Of a stretch of 64,000 nt of DNA, positions 1 to 9,637 are shown piece by piece. Both the position numbers and the translations under genes were made by a program. Below the pieces are notes generated by a model. It saw only the letters and a program-made list of their open reading frames with translations. It searched no databases and was not told the DNA's origin. Origin of the DNA: a virus (lineage: Duplodnaviria; Heunggongvirae; Uroviricota; Caudoviricetes); the IMG/VR virus record IMGVR_UViG_2703718833_000007, positions 1 through 64,000 of that record. One strand, 5' to 3'. The number at the start of each line of letters is the position of its first letter. The stretch's first letter is position 1.

Positions 1-231
1 TTACGTCTTATCTCTGGCTGGCGTTAATCCGATCTTATCAAAGAACCGCATCACCTCCTGATAGCGATACATGACGCCACGCCCGGTCCCCAACACATCA
101 ACCGGGTCCGGGAATGGAGTCCCGTTCTCCTCCCACTTTTTACGCCATGAATAAAACGTTCCCCTGCTAATGCCGCCCAGCATCCGGCAGATGGCAGGGC
201 GACTAAGAAGAATTGTTGCCGTTTTATCCAT
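1..231 (-). CDS. AlpA/Xis-type small DNA-binding protein (putative excisionase or regulator)
   Basis: 76 aa; HTH-like segment followed by FPDP...GRG...Y motif pattern typical of AlpA-family proteins; position at distal end of leftward arm. Confidence 0.4.
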   Translation of the reverse strand: MDKTATILLSRPAICRMLGGISRGTFYSWRKKWEENGTPFPDPVDVLGTGRGVMYRYQEVMRFFDKIGLTPARDKT

Positions 232-890
232 TATCTTTTCCCCGTGTATTCAACGTGTCCGATACATCCATCAATAATAGCTTGCGCCATATTGCGATAA
301 TCGCACGAAAAATCATTGTCATGGTTAAAGTTAATCTCTTTTGCCGCGTCTTCACCCATAACATTGACAGCAAGTGCAAACGCGATTTCAGCAAGTGCCT
401 TTTCTTTCTGGTTAATGTGAATGCGATAAGAGTATTGTTTCCATGTAATTACCGTTTCCACATCTGATATTAATTTACTGTGAGCGATAGCCCAATTATC
501 ACCGAGATATAAAAACTTGACGACATCAAGAACCGTTCCGCTGGTCATACCTACACAATCAAGCCACACATTAACAGGAGGTTTATCACCTACGGCCCAT
601 TCCTTTTTTTCTGGTTGTGTTTCGCAACCATGCCGCTCATCTTCGATTAATTCATCAATGATCTCACTTTCTTTATTCATGCCGTCACCATCCTTATTAG
701 ATAAATTAGCGTATTTATCAAATTTCCAGCTTGCAGCCATAACCGAATAAGTGCCGCCATCCGCGCGAACACCCAATAAATAGTATGATCCAAAATTATA
801 TTCTGTGCGGCATGTTGTTACCTCAAACGATGGGTAACACTCAGGGTTAGTGCGATGGCTAATCACGCCAATTGCTTTAAGTTTATTCAT
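231..890 (-). CDS. hypothetical protein (219 aa)
   Basis: Long ORF in operon orientation; no recognisable motifs. Confidence 0.4.
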   Translation of the reverse strand: MNKLKAIGVISHRTNPECYPSFEVTTCRTEYNFGSYYLLGVRADGGTYSVMAASWKFDKYANLSNKDGDGMNKESEIIDELIEDERHGCETQPEKKEWAVGDKPPVNVWLDCVGMTSGTVLDVVKFLYLGDNWAIAHSKLISDVETVITWKQYSYRIHINQKEKALAEIAFALAVNVMGEDAAKEINFNHDNDFSCDYRNMAQAIIDGCIGHVEYTGKR

Positions 891-904
891 TTGCTTATCC
901 TCAA

Positions 905-1081
905 TTACGCCACAGTTACATTGTCAACTTTGATAAAATATTCAGGGTGATTTTCTATTTCGTGCTTAAAGTGCGCGTGACACAATCGCCAATCACGCGC
1001 CTGGTTGTGAAAGTAATAAACGTATTCGCCATCAATCTTATACAAAATGCCTGTAGGTTTAGCCATGTAATAACTAACCAT
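905..1081 (-). CDS. small hypothetical protein (58 aa)
   Basis: ORF below track cutoff; start overlaps NinB stop (TAATG). Confidence 0.25.
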   Translation of the reverse strand: MVSYYMAKPTGILYKIDGEYVYYFHNQARDWRLCHAHFKHEIENHPEYFIKVDNVTVA

Positions 1082-1512
1082 TATTGCCCCCAGCGTTTTA
1101 TAAATTCCTCGTTCAACTTAGTGTCACCAGACCATTGAACATTATGTTCAGCGCCGAACGAGTAGATCAGCTCAATTAATTCGCTAAATTCTGCTTTACT
1201 CATCCTGCTTGTAGATGTTCCCAATACAACGAATCCTGATTTATCCAGATTAGGGACAACGCCATATTTCTTAAGCCCGGCAGTAAATACCGCCTTCCAG
1301 TCTTCAGGTGACAGCTTCCTGCCGTACCAGTTAACTTGATCGCTAACGTCTGTCAGCAGCGCCCAAAGCAACGCGTTTTGACTCAGTGAGCGGGTTTTCT
1401 CCTGGATGGTGATTATCAGCGGGCTTTTGCTATCAGGCTGTATTTCCCTTATCTGCCTGATAGCATTTTCTTTCACGGCGTCGTTGACTATCTCAAATCT
1501 AATTTGCCTCAT
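1081..1512 (-). CDS. ninB: NinB-like recombination protein
   Basis: 143 aa; recalled similarity to lambda NinB (Orf-family) and position in nin-like region. Confidence 0.65.
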   Translation of the reverse strand: MRQIRFEIVNDAVKENAIRQIREIQPDSKSPLIITIQEKTRSLSQNALLWALLTDVSDQVNWYGRKLSPEDWKAVFTAGLKKYGVVPNLDKSGFVVLGTSTSRMSKAEFSELIELIYSFGAEHNVQWSGDTKLNEEFIKRWGQ

Positions 1513-1706
1513 AATACACCGTTGCTATTTTTCCATTGCGCCCGCGCATACATGATCGCCCATAAAGAAATGAGCCTTGAACTAGCCATATGGTCGTTTT
1601 TTAGTTTTTTCATATCAACGACGACAGGACGATCAGGATCATCGCCGCGCATGTATTCCGCAATCGTGCTCAGGTCTTCAACTGTTAAATCTAATTCCTT
1701 ATCCAT
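1509..1706 (-). CDS. hypothetical protein (65 aa)
   Basis: ORF with start/stop overlap to neighbours. Confidence 0.35.
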   Translation of the reverse strand: MDKELDLTVEDLSTIAEYMRGDDPDRPVVVDMKKLKNDHMASSRLISLWAIMYARAQWKNSNGVL

Positions 1707-1917
1707 AACGCCACCTCACACAATACGCATTGTGTTTCGTAATTCACCGCGCAGCGCCTGCAAAGCGTAACGAATCGGCACAAAAGCACGGTTAAATTTT
1801 ACGTGCCTGTACTTGCGCATTAGTGGAGGCGTATAACCATCGCGCCGCAAGAATTGCATGGAAATTTAAAGTGAGATTCGTCAATGAATGTTTCAACTGA
1901 ATAAAAAATTACACGTC

Positions 1918-2550
1918 TCATAATTCCAACCCCGTTTCACCGTTAAGTTTTTCGATCTCAAATACTGGTTTATCAGGTAGCAGGCCGTTATTTTTACGGT
2001 ATTCGTTCAGGCGACTATCAAAGTAAAACGCAAGATCATTAGCGTGACCGAATCGCCCAGGTTTAAACAGTGAGTAAAAGTTAACCCCGTGCCTATTTGG
2101 ATCAACGCAAAGCGTTTCATCAATCACCATTAAACGCAGAGTACGAGAGAGATAATTCCACGGGATTCCAGTCTCAGCGCTAATGTCGCGCATACGTTTT
2201 TTAACGCTGTAGTCACTAAATAACGACGCGACACGCTCACGACGTTCAGCATATAACTGTTTAATACGATAACCCAGCAGACGGCGGCGGCGTCCAAAAC
2301 ATGTATATACGCGCTCGACGATACCGTTTTTTATTAAGTGTTTAATTGCCTCAGGAAGTAACCCGTTTTTGTCATATCCAGCCAATAACCCCGTTTTATT
2401 GCGCAACTGGTGCATTGTTGCGATGCCATCAAGTTCAAGGATATTGATAACTTTTGTTTCAAGTTCAGCGCTCATTGTTTTTAGCCTCGTTTTTAAACGC
2501 GATAACAGCCACCAGAAAGCGGTAAACTTTCCGGTAAGCCGTTTGCTCAT
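1918..2550 (-). CDS. hypothetical protein downstream of helicase
   Basis: 210-aa ORF; start uncertain (internal Met possible). Confidence 0.4.
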   Translation of the reverse strand: MSKRLTGKFTAFWWLLSRLKTRLKTMSAELETKVINILELDGIATMHQLRNKTGLLAGYDKNGLLPEAIKHLIKNGIVERVYTCFGRRRRLLGYRIKQLYAERRERVASLFSDYSVKKRMRDISAETGIPWNYLSRTLRLMVIDETLCVDPNRHGVNFYSLFKPGRFGHANDLAFYFDSRLNEYRKNNGLLPDKPVFEIEKLNGETGLEL

Positions 2551-2555
2551 ATTGA

Positions 2556-3971
2556 TTAAAAAGATGCGTTATTCTGATTGTTTCGTTGGTTAAAACGGCT
2601 TGTGCGATGATTCATTGACTGAATACACGCTGCGGCTGCGCGCGCCTGGTCGCATGGCAAGATATTACCGTTGTCATCAAACCGCTGGTAAACAGTTCCA
2701 GACTTACCATGACGGTTTTTTGACACAATGATTTCCATGTATTCGCGGGCAACAGACTGCTCGTCGTAATACCCATCGCGGTAAACCATGATTATTCTGT
2801 CGGCATCTTGCTCAAGGTTGCCGGAATCACGAAGATCAGAATTATTAGGGCGCTTGTTTGGTCGTTCCTCAACTCGTCGTGATAATTGCGCCAGCGCTAA
2901 CACTGGAACGCGCAATTCTTTCGCCATCATCTTCAACGACCATGACAATTGCCCAACAGCGAGATCATGACGTTCTGCCTTAGCCAGCTTCATCAACCCT
3001 ATGTAGTCAATCATTACCATACCCAGGTTGGGATGTTCCTGTTTCATCCGTTCCGTGGTGGCGCGTATTTCCTCAACCGTTAACTGCGACGCGTCAACGA
3101 TCCACACATCAAGATTAGCAAGTGCGCTCATACCCTGGCCGACATGCGCCCAACCCTCATCATCAAGTTTTACAGGATTGCGCAGGCAGTCAGTTGATAA
3201 ATTACCAGCGCCAGCGATAGCGCGTTCAGTCATCTGATCGAGTGACATTTCAAGCGTGAATAACAAAACGCCAACCCGCTGATCCTTGCTGCCAGGGTAA
3301 GGGCGTTCAGCAGCAGCGCGGGCAATTGCCAGCGCCAACGCAGATTTACCAGACCCAGGGCGTCCGGCGAGAAGCACCAGATCAGTAGCGTTAATGCCGC
3401 CTAACATTTCGTCGAGTGGTTCTATCCCTGTTTTGATGTTGTCAGAATTGACACCGCATTCCATGCGCTTACTTAAAACTTCCGTGTATTCCTGGACAGC
3501 ATCGCGCAACAGAACAGGGATAATCTTGTCTTTCGTTACCTTTAATTTTGAATACCGGGAATCAAAATCTTTCATCGTCTCTTTGACGACCTCAAGCGTC
3601 CCCGTCTCCAGTTTGTAGCGCATATCGTCGATGAGTTCCAACATCTGCCGCCGCTGGTGCTCTTCACGTAGTAGCTGTGCGTATCCCTTCAGGTTGGCAG
3701 CAGACGGGCACGATCTCGCTGTTTGCATTAGCGGTACGAAATTTTCATTACCAATCTCATCACCGACCAGCAATGCATCGATGAGATTCCTGTTTCTGGC
3801 TTGTGCCCGGATAATTTCAAAAGCCCGCTTATACAGCGGAATAGTGAACACTTCAGGATCAAGCGTAGCGAGAACATCTTGCGCGTTAGGGGTTAGGCCA
3901 CCTAACAGCAGCCCGCCGATAACTGACGCCTCACGTTCCTGCCGTAGTGAGTTTATTTGCTCAGTTACCAT
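2556..3971 (-). CDS. DnaB-family replicative DNA helicase
   Basis: 471 aa; Walker A GRPGSGKSALAL and DnaB C-terminal RecA-like domain motifs. Confidence 0.85.
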   Translation of the reverse strand: MVTEQINSLRQEREASVIGGLLLGGLTPNAQDVLATLDPEVFTIPLYKRAFEIIRAQARNRNLIDALLVGDEIGNENFVPLMQTARSCPSAANLKGYAQLLREEHQRRQMLELIDDMRYKLETGTLEVVKETMKDFDSRYSKLKVTKDKIIPVLLRDAVQEYTEVLSKRMECGVNSDNIKTGIEPLDEMLGGINATDLVLLAGRPGSGKSALALAIARAAAERPYPGSKDQRVGVLLFTLEMSLDQMTERAIAGAGNLSTDCLRNPVKLDDEGWAHVGQGMSALANLDVWIVDASQLTVEEIRATTERMKQEHPNLGMVMIDYIGLMKLAKAERHDLAVGQLSWSLKMMAKELRVPVLALAQLSRRVEERPNKRPNNSDLRDSGNLEQDADRIIMVYRDGYYDEQSVAREYMEIIVSKNRHGKSGTVYQRFDDNGNILPCDQARAAAACIQSMNHRTSRFNQRNNQNNASF

Positions 3972-4510
3972 TATGTTATTGCCTCCGGTTTACAAAATGT
4001 ATTTTCATCTGGTGAAGAAATACCGTGGTTATGGTGATAGCCATATTTTATTTCAGCTTCACGCCGCGCCCTTACAGCATCATCATATGATTTCCCCCAG
4101 TACACGCTTATAGTTTTTCTTTTGCCATTTTTACTCCATACTACTATTCTTGATCTCCATACTTTTTTTATTTTATCCCAATAAACGCCAACGCAACCGC
4201 TAGTGTTATCTATTGGCTTCTTTGCGTTTCTTGCATTTTCCCACGCATAAACAAGTCTTAAATTTTCAATTCTATCGTCACCTGGCATGTGATTTATATG
4301 ATCAATCATCATTCCATCAGGGATAGGGCCATTAAACATTTCCCAAACAATTCTATGTCTAAGAAAATATTTTTTATTAATAACTATTTGCCAATAACCT
4401 ATGCTCCCCCTACATCCTGCCACATCACCGGGTTTTATTCTTGTTTTGTATCTGTGTTCTTTCCAGTACAAAACACCATTGCTATAAATAAATAATTTAC
4501 TCCATTCCAT
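3971..4510 (-). CDS. HNH endonuclease with AP2 domain (homing-endonuclease-like), copy 1
   Basis: HNH_3-like DHINH...N motif, AP2-like segment, C-terminal KYGYHHNHG; start taken at internal ATG 4510 to avoid 160-nt overlap. Confidence 0.75.
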   Translation of the reverse strand: MEWSKLFIYSNGVLYWKEHRYKTRIKPGDVAGCRGSIGYWQIVINKKYFLRHRIVWEMFNGPIPDGMMIDHINHMPGDDRIENLRLVYAWENARNAKKPIDNTSGCVGVYWDKIKKVWRSRIVVWSKNGKRKTISVYWGKSYDDAVRARREAEIKYGYHHNHGISSPDENTFCKPEAIT

Positions 4511-5624
4511 AATTAGACATCCCAGGTCTATACACAAAGCGCCCAATCTCGCCATATTCAGGACTGTAAATGATAACAGCAGCGCAACGTTGCGAACGCC
4601 ACCCACCACGGGCCGAATAAGCATCTTTAGCAGCCAATGTTCCGTGATGTTCGACAACGCCTAACGATGTTTCAATAACAGATTGATGGTGTAAATGGCC
4701 TACATGCGCGTAAACATATTTAGATTTACCGAAATCATCCCGCCAGTCAGAAACACAGGCAGCAAGTAAATTTTCTGGCTTTTTGATAGTGTGCCCGTGG
4801 TGGTAAGCAAGGAATGTTTTGCCGTACTGTGTGTGGTGGACGATGGCAGGGGACACGTCAACCTTTACGCGCGGTTCATCTTCGTAAAAAGCCGACAGCG
4901 CAGCACGTAGCCAGATCATTCCTGACTGGTCGTGATTGCCTTCAAGTACCTGTATTTCTACCTCCTTGTGATTCAGCAACATTTTCCCAACAGCACGCCT
5001 TACAGATCTGATAACCACATAAACAAGTTTTGCGTAGCGTGAATCGCAATCCAGGACGTGATTGCTTGATGGCGTAACTGGCAACAGCCCGTCAGAATGC
5101 GCCACATCACCGCCTAACAACAATACAGCTTTTTCAGACATCGGCGCAGCGCCTACCGCGTAGTCAAAGAAGTCATTTAACACGCGCTCAGCGATCCCAG
5201 TGTCGTAGCTCTCGCCGCATTCAGCTTTATGGGCAAGTGCCCCGATATGCAAATCAAATACCGGATAAAGGGCAAGACTTTTTTGAAAATCAATTTCAGG
5301 CACTGGCACGGCCTCCGCGCGTGGTATTTCCTCCGTGAATGCGTCGCGGGCAGCTTCCATTAGCCTTTCCATTTCATCACGGTCACGGGCAGTTTTAATC
5401 CAGCGCATGACCGTATTCCCAGCCTTATCGACAAGAACAGATTCACCAGTAACGCCAAAACCCGGCGCGCGGCGTGTTGATAACAAACCGCGTTTCGCCA
5501 GCTTTGCGCCCAGACGCTCGACGTTGCGTTTTGACATGCCGTATTTTTCAGCGATCTGCTTGTACGTTAAACCGTTGTTATATTCAGCGATCAATTGTTC
5601 ATCGCTGATTTTTCTTTGCGACAT
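4497..5624 (-). CDS. HTH domain fused to calcineurin-like metallophosphoesterase
   Basis: N-terminal HTH (LTYKQIAEKYGMSKRNVERL); phosphoesterase motifs DLHIG, GGDVAHSD, GNHD, GHLHH. Confidence 0.55.
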   Translation of the reverse strand: MSQRKISDEQLIAEYNNGLTYKQIAEKYGMSKRNVERLGAKLAKRGLLSTRRAPGFGVTGESVLVDKAGNTVMRWIKTARDRDEMERLMEAARDAFTEEIPRAEAVPVPEIDFQKSLALYPVFDLHIGALAHKAECGESYDTGIAERVLNDFFDYAVGAAPMSEKAVLLLGGDVAHSDGLLPVTPSSNHVLDCDSRYAKLVYVVIRSVRRAVGKMLLNHKEVEIQVLEGNHDQSGMIWLRAALSAFYEDEPRVKVDVSPAIVHHTQYGKTFLAYHHGHTIKKPENLLAACVSDWRDDFGKSKYVYAHVGHLHHQSVIETSLGVVEHHGTLAAKDAYSARGGWRSQRCAAVIIYSPEYGEIGRFVYRPGMSNYGME

Positions 5625-5655
5625 AATGTTACTTCCTCCGGTTTACTATATGTAT

Positions 5656-6426
5656 TTATTCAGAAAAAATAATATTTATCAGTTCATTAAATCTTGATTC
5701 GTAGAAATGAGGTTGAGTCTCTCGCGGATTAGTTGGATTGGTTACGTTTTTCGCGTACAAACGACCGTAAGCTGTGACGTTCCAAAATCTCTTTTCGCCG
5801 CAACGTGCTTTACGATACTTGCGTTCCACAATACCTTTGCGCTCAAGTATTGGATAAACTTCACGCGCATTCATGCCAACGTTATTTTCATCTAGCAATG
5901 CTGTAAGAGATTTTGTCACGCGGCTTGATCCATCCACCGCATCAGCAGGCGCATCAATAGCATAATGCGGAAGGATAGGAGGAATATTATATTCCTTTTC
6001 AATCTTCTGAAGCATTCCTAATTTTCCTGAATTACTCATATTCAGCATTCTACTCGCTGTTTCAGCGAAGGCTAGAACATTGCCGATCTGCGCGTTACCG
6101 TAATTTGGAACAGCATTTTGCCGTACTGCATTTTCAAGTTCCTGCCAGCGGTCAACGAGCCGCGCCGTAAATTCAGGGCAGTTTTGAGCCACGACAATGA
6201 TGCTATCTCGTTTGCCCTGTTCGCCTTCAAAAATATAGACATTAACAAACCTGTTAGGACTAAGTGATTGTTTATTCTCAACTTTCCCCATTGGGGGTAG
6301 TTGAATTATCCCCCTCTGTGCCATGCGTTCTATAGACTGTTTTACTTTATCGTGACGATTGCCTAGTAGTTCCGCAATTTCAAAACTATTCATCTTAACA
6401 GCATCAAAAACCATTAAGTCACTCAT
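5656..6426 (-). CDS. Rha-family phage regulatory protein / antirepressor-like
   Basis: N-terminal region resembles phage regulatory protein Rha; start set at ATG 6426 with GGAG RBS. Confidence 0.55.
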   Translation of the reverse strand: MSDLMVFDAVKMNSFEIAELLGNRHDKVKQSIERMAQRGIIQLPPMGKVENKQSLSPNRFVNVYIFEGEQGKRDSIIVVAQNCPEFTARLVDRWQELENAVRQNAVPNYGNAQIGNVLAFAETASRMLNMSNSGKLGMLQKIEKEYNIPPILPHYAIDAPADAVDGSSRVTKSLTALLDENNVGMNAREVYPILERKGIVERKYRKARCGEKRFWNVTAYGRLYAKNVTNPTNPRETQPHFYESRFNELINIIFSE

Positions 6427-6557
6427 TGTAATTTCTCCGTAAAACGCTCTACAACGCAAAATCCCACCGCGTAACCCATTTGCACAGGTTGCAGTGTCTT
6501 ATTGCGTCAGAGGCGCTTTCAGGTGGCTAATTTTTGATTTACAGACTGGTAGGTAGG

Positions 6558-6659
6558 TTATGGATTGACTAGAAGGAACAAACCGCCGAACAAAGCGACG
6601 TTAACAGCGATTGCCGCAGCGATGGCAAAAGCCAGGGCGAAAACGTGTTTACCGTCCAT
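6558..6659 (-). CDS. small hydrophobic peptide (33 aa)
   Basis: MDGKHVFALAFAIAAAIAVNVALFGGLFLLVNP; GAGAGG RBS 8 nt upstream; below track cutoff. Confidence 0.3.
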   Translation of the reverse strand: MDGKHVFALAFAIAAAIAVNVALFGGLFLLVNP

Positions 6660-6792
6660 TTTAAAATCCTCTCTAAAACGCTCTCTAACGAGCTAAACCG
6701 CTAAAGGTATGCAAGTGTAGCACCCAATGCTTTTTAGCTCGCTGGTGGGCTTGTTTTGTTGGTGATTTTTGATTTTTGCGTATTGTGGTTGG

Positions 6793-7845
6793 TCAAATAG
6801 CGCCTGCGCGTGTATCGCGTAGCGTTTTTGGTTTAAGCAGGAAATCAAGTGTCGCAGTGAAGCCATCGCCGAAGTAAAAGTCCGAAGCCTTGATCTTGAA
6901 CGCTTCAAAGTAGGCGATAAAGCCGTTAATGCTTTTGTCTTTCAGGTAGTCAGTGAACGCATAGATCTTACGTTCCAAATCCCGATCCAGTTCAGCAGGT
7001 GGCAACAGGCCATCAAACGTGATGTTAAACTCATTAACCACATCGGCAGCGTTTACAGTAGATGACAGCTTGCGCCATTGTTCAGCGTCAGCCAGATACC
7101 CATCGAATTTAGTTACCCGGCAAATGTTGATAGGCTTAGGTGTTCCGCCACGGCTACGCCATTGCGTTAAAGCCCACTCAATCACTAATGTGATCTCATC
7201 CTCCGTATACGCTTTGCGTGTTTTTGTTTCTGTCAGTAGTTCGATGAATGGCTTAGCATCACGACATTTGCATCCTGCCTTGTCGTTGTAGAATGCCAGG
7301 CAACGCAATGCAGCATCGCTTATCTGATAGTCACTATCCTGATTGACTTCTTTTCTTTTTATATTTTTCTTTTCTTCTTCTGTTTCTTTTTCTTCTTCTA
7401 ATTCTATTTCTAATTCATGACCCTTTCCTGACCCGGTCATGACCATATCATGACCTTTTGTTGTTGGATTGATTAACTTCTCTAATTTTAATTGCTCCTT
7501 AGCTGTGTTTATGGCTGCCCTGTATGCGCTTTTAGAAGTCATTGATTGGTCCAGCCTTTTCAATAACTTTAAACAAGTTATGTGGCCTTGAGAGCATTCG
7601 AATAAACCAATTTCGATAAAGTATTTCATCATTTCTTCTATGCGTTTTTCAGTCGATCCGACGTTTCGCGCGATGATTCTGGCGTCATGTCGTAGGTCAA
7701 ATGTAAGGTTGTGCTGATCTACGTCATAAGTTATCAGTTCTAGGCAATACCAATAAAGCCCGTAGCCTTCCAGGCCATAATCTAATAAAACGTTTTGAAG
7801 TTTTTCATCGCGGTTCGCATCGCTATCATGCTTAAACCACTTCAT
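6793..7845 (-). CDS. phage replication initiation / replisome organizer protein
   Basis: 350 aa; N-terminal replisome-organizer-like domain, acidic linker, conserved phage C-terminal domain; first large gene of rightward-type operon. Confidence 0.6.
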   Translation of the reverse strand: MKWFKHDSDANRDEKLQNVLLDYGLEGYGLYWYCLELITYDVDQHNLTFDLRHDARIIARNVGSTEKRIEEMMKYFIEIGLFECSQGHITCLKLLKRLDQSMTSKSAYRAAINTAKEQLKLEKLINPTTKGHDMVMTGSGKGHELEIELEEEKETEEEKKNIKRKEVNQDSDYQISDAALRCLAFYNDKAGCKCRDAKPFIELLTETKTRKAYTEDEITLVIEWALTQWRSRGGTPKPINICRVTKFDGYLADAEQWRKLSSTVNAADVVNEFNITFDGLLPPAELDRDLERKIYAFTDYLKDKSINGFIAYFEAFKIKASDFYFGDGFTATLDFLLKPKTLRDTRAGAI

Positions 7846-7848
7846 AGA

Positions 7849-8106
7849 TCATTCCTCCGGCAACATCACTACATAGACATCACTGAATGCATCAAGACGA
7901 CAAACAAATCCTTTATCCATTAATGCGGCGAATGCATCATGTACCGTATGAACAGGAAGTTCACACATTGCGGCTACTTCTTTGCGTGATGCATCATGTA
8001 CCCGTCCTTTGTTATCTGCCTTTTCAGCCAGAGCCATTAAGACAAGTTTTTGAATCGGGCTGTTAAGTTTTACGTTCCATGCTTTGCTAATAATGTTCAT
8101 GCTCAT
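7849..8106 (-). CDS. small DNA-binding protein in Cro/CII position
   Basis: 85 aa; divergent from repressor gene across a 306-bp regulatory region. Confidence 0.4.
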   Translation of the reverse strand: MSMNIISKAWNVKLNSPIQKLVLMALAEKADNKGRVHDASRKEVAAMCELPVHTVHDAFAALMDKGFVCRLDAFSDVYVVMLPEE

Positions 8107-8412
8107 TGTATTTTCTCCTATGGTTAAAATGAACGCGCTGGCGGGTATCCCATTAGCATTAGATAGCAGTGACTGACCGCTGAACAGATCCCGCCGTTGC
8201 GTGATATTTGTTTTTCGCTTCGCAGCGACACCGGATTTTTAAAGAGCTTTTAAGGTATGTGCCTTTTGTGCTTTCCATTATCTTTTTTCTTGCATCCTTG
8301 CAAGTATGGCCTTACCTTGTCTGCAAGTTTACAGAATGGCGTTAACAGGTCAAGGATTGAAAATTACATTTTGTGACTTGCATCAAATTTTTTTAGGTTA
8401 TAGGGTAGCGAC
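8107..8412. promoter_or_regulatory. divergent immunity-region promoter/operator region
   Basis: Intergenic between divergent repressor and cro-like genes; CTTGCA/TGCAAG repeats at 8289-8304, 8316-8327, 8377-8382. Confidence 0.5.
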
Positions 8413-9060
8413 ATGAAAACAAAATGGTATGACTTAGCGAAACAACTCATGCGGGCGCAGGGTATGAGTCAGGATTCATTGGCAGATCTCATGGGGATCA
8501 CAAAAGGCGGCTTGTCACACTGGCTTAACGGTCGCCGCGAGCCGAATCTTGAAGACATTGCGCGGATCATGCGGGCGCTTGGGCGTCGGCAATTCACTGT
8601 TACACATGATGGAATGGTCATTGATGATTCTGTTTCTAACACGTTGCCGGGAGCGCCACCGCGTGATTTAGGCAGTTACCCGGTTGTTGACTGGAAGGAT
8701 GTAGTAAACAATATGGAAGATGCAAGGCGATCAACATTACCACACGTTACGACTAGCGTTATTTGTTCAGATGATAGTTACTGGCTGGTAGCTAAAGGCG
8801 AATCAATGAACGCGCCGCAAGGATTGAGTATACCAGCGGGGACGATGATACTTGTCGATCCGCACGCGCCAGCTATTGATGGCAAACTGGTTATAGCCCA
8901 ATTGGAGGAGGGGCAGATACCGACGTTTAAACAGTTGATTATTGATGGAGGCAGAAAACTTTTGCGTTCACTGAATCCGTTGTATCCGCCAATCCCTATG
9001 AATCCAGAATCTAAAATCATAGGCGTGGTAGTGGATGCGAAGATCGTAAACCTGCCATAA
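8413..9060 (+). CDS. cI-like repressor (HTH-XRE plus S24 LexA-type peptidase domain)
   Basis: 215 aa; N-terminal HTH, C-terminal S24 peptidase with GESM serine motif and downstream lysine. Confidence 0.85.
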   Translation: MKTKWYDLAKQLMRAQGMSQDSLADLMGITKGGLSHWLNGRREPNLEDIARIMRALGRRQFTVTHDGMVIDDSVSNTLPGAPPRDLGSYPVVDWKDVVNNMEDARRSTLPHVTTSVICSDDSYWLVAKGESMNAPQGLSIPAGTMILVDPHAPAIDGKLVIAQLEEGQIPTFKQLIIDGGRKLLRSLNPLYPPIPMNPESKIIGVVVDAKIVNLP

Positions 9061-9066
9061 ACATTA

Positions 9067-9090
9067 GCCGCCTGGTGGCGGCTTTTCTTT
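9067..9090 (+). terminator. rho-independent terminator after repressor gene
   Basis: GCCGCC-TGGT-GGCGGC hairpin followed by TTTTCTTT. Confidence 0.5.
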
Positions 9091-9183
9091 GCCATAAAAA
9101 CACCAAAACGTAAACAGAAAACGTTATTTATTGTTTAAATATCAATGACATATAAAATATTTTAAAAAAGTATACAAAATGGA

Positions 9184-9212
9184 TTGACTCGGTGTTTTAC
9201 GTGGCGTATATT
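9184..9212 (+). promoter_or_regulatory. PL-like sigma70 promoter
   Basis: TTGACT, 17-bp spacer, TATATT. Confidence 0.5.
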
Positions 9213-9253
9213 GCGAGTCAAAGGAGGAAGCAAGGCAGGGAAAGAAGGTTACT

Positions 9254-9291
9254 TGCTCTTTAACAATCTGGTCAGCCGCTGGAAGTGCGGC
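9254..9291 (+). promoter_or_regulatory. nut-like site (boxA plus boxB hairpin)
   Basis: TGCTCTTTAACAA matches the boxA consensus; 8 nt downstream a GCCGC-TGGAAGT-GCGGC hairpin. Confidence 0.45.
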
Positions 9292-9346
9292 AATTAACGA
9301 AGATGATTTTTATTAAGTATCATCAAGGATATAAGGAGATCAGATC

Positions 9347-9637
9347 ATGACCGTTACAATCATGTATGGCAAATGTGATAGCAAAATAAACGCCAGGGAA
9401 CGCAGAAGAATAAAAAGAGAAAACGAAAGAAAATCATCACCTGCAATTAATAAAACAGACAATGTGGATAAAGCTATTCGCTTTGCAAACGAGGAAAGAT
9501 GCAAACCAAATAGCATTAAAGAACGTCGCAAAGGAGCAGTAAAATGGTATACGGAAAATGAAAGCGGCAACTACTACCACGCAACGCAACCACGCCAGTT
9601 AGGGGAAAAACCCCTTGATAAAGTCCGTTACCATTAA
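9347..9637 (+). CDS. N-like transcription antiterminator (arginine-rich motif protein)
   Basis: 96 aa, basic; N-proximal NARERRRIKRENERK resembles lambdoid N arginine-rich motif; first gene after promoter and nut-like site; AAGGAG RBS. Confidence 0.5.
   Translation: MTVTIMYGKCDSKINARERRRIKRENERKSSPAINKTDNVDKAIRFANEERCKPNSIKERRKGAVKWYTENESGNYYHATQPRQLGEKPLDKVRYH

Noticed and set aside
213-750. Plus-strand track ORFs 213-467 and 517-750 overlapping the minus-strand 219-aa gene
   Set aside because: Antisense shadow ORFs inside a longer ORF that fits operon context; no RBS or coupling.
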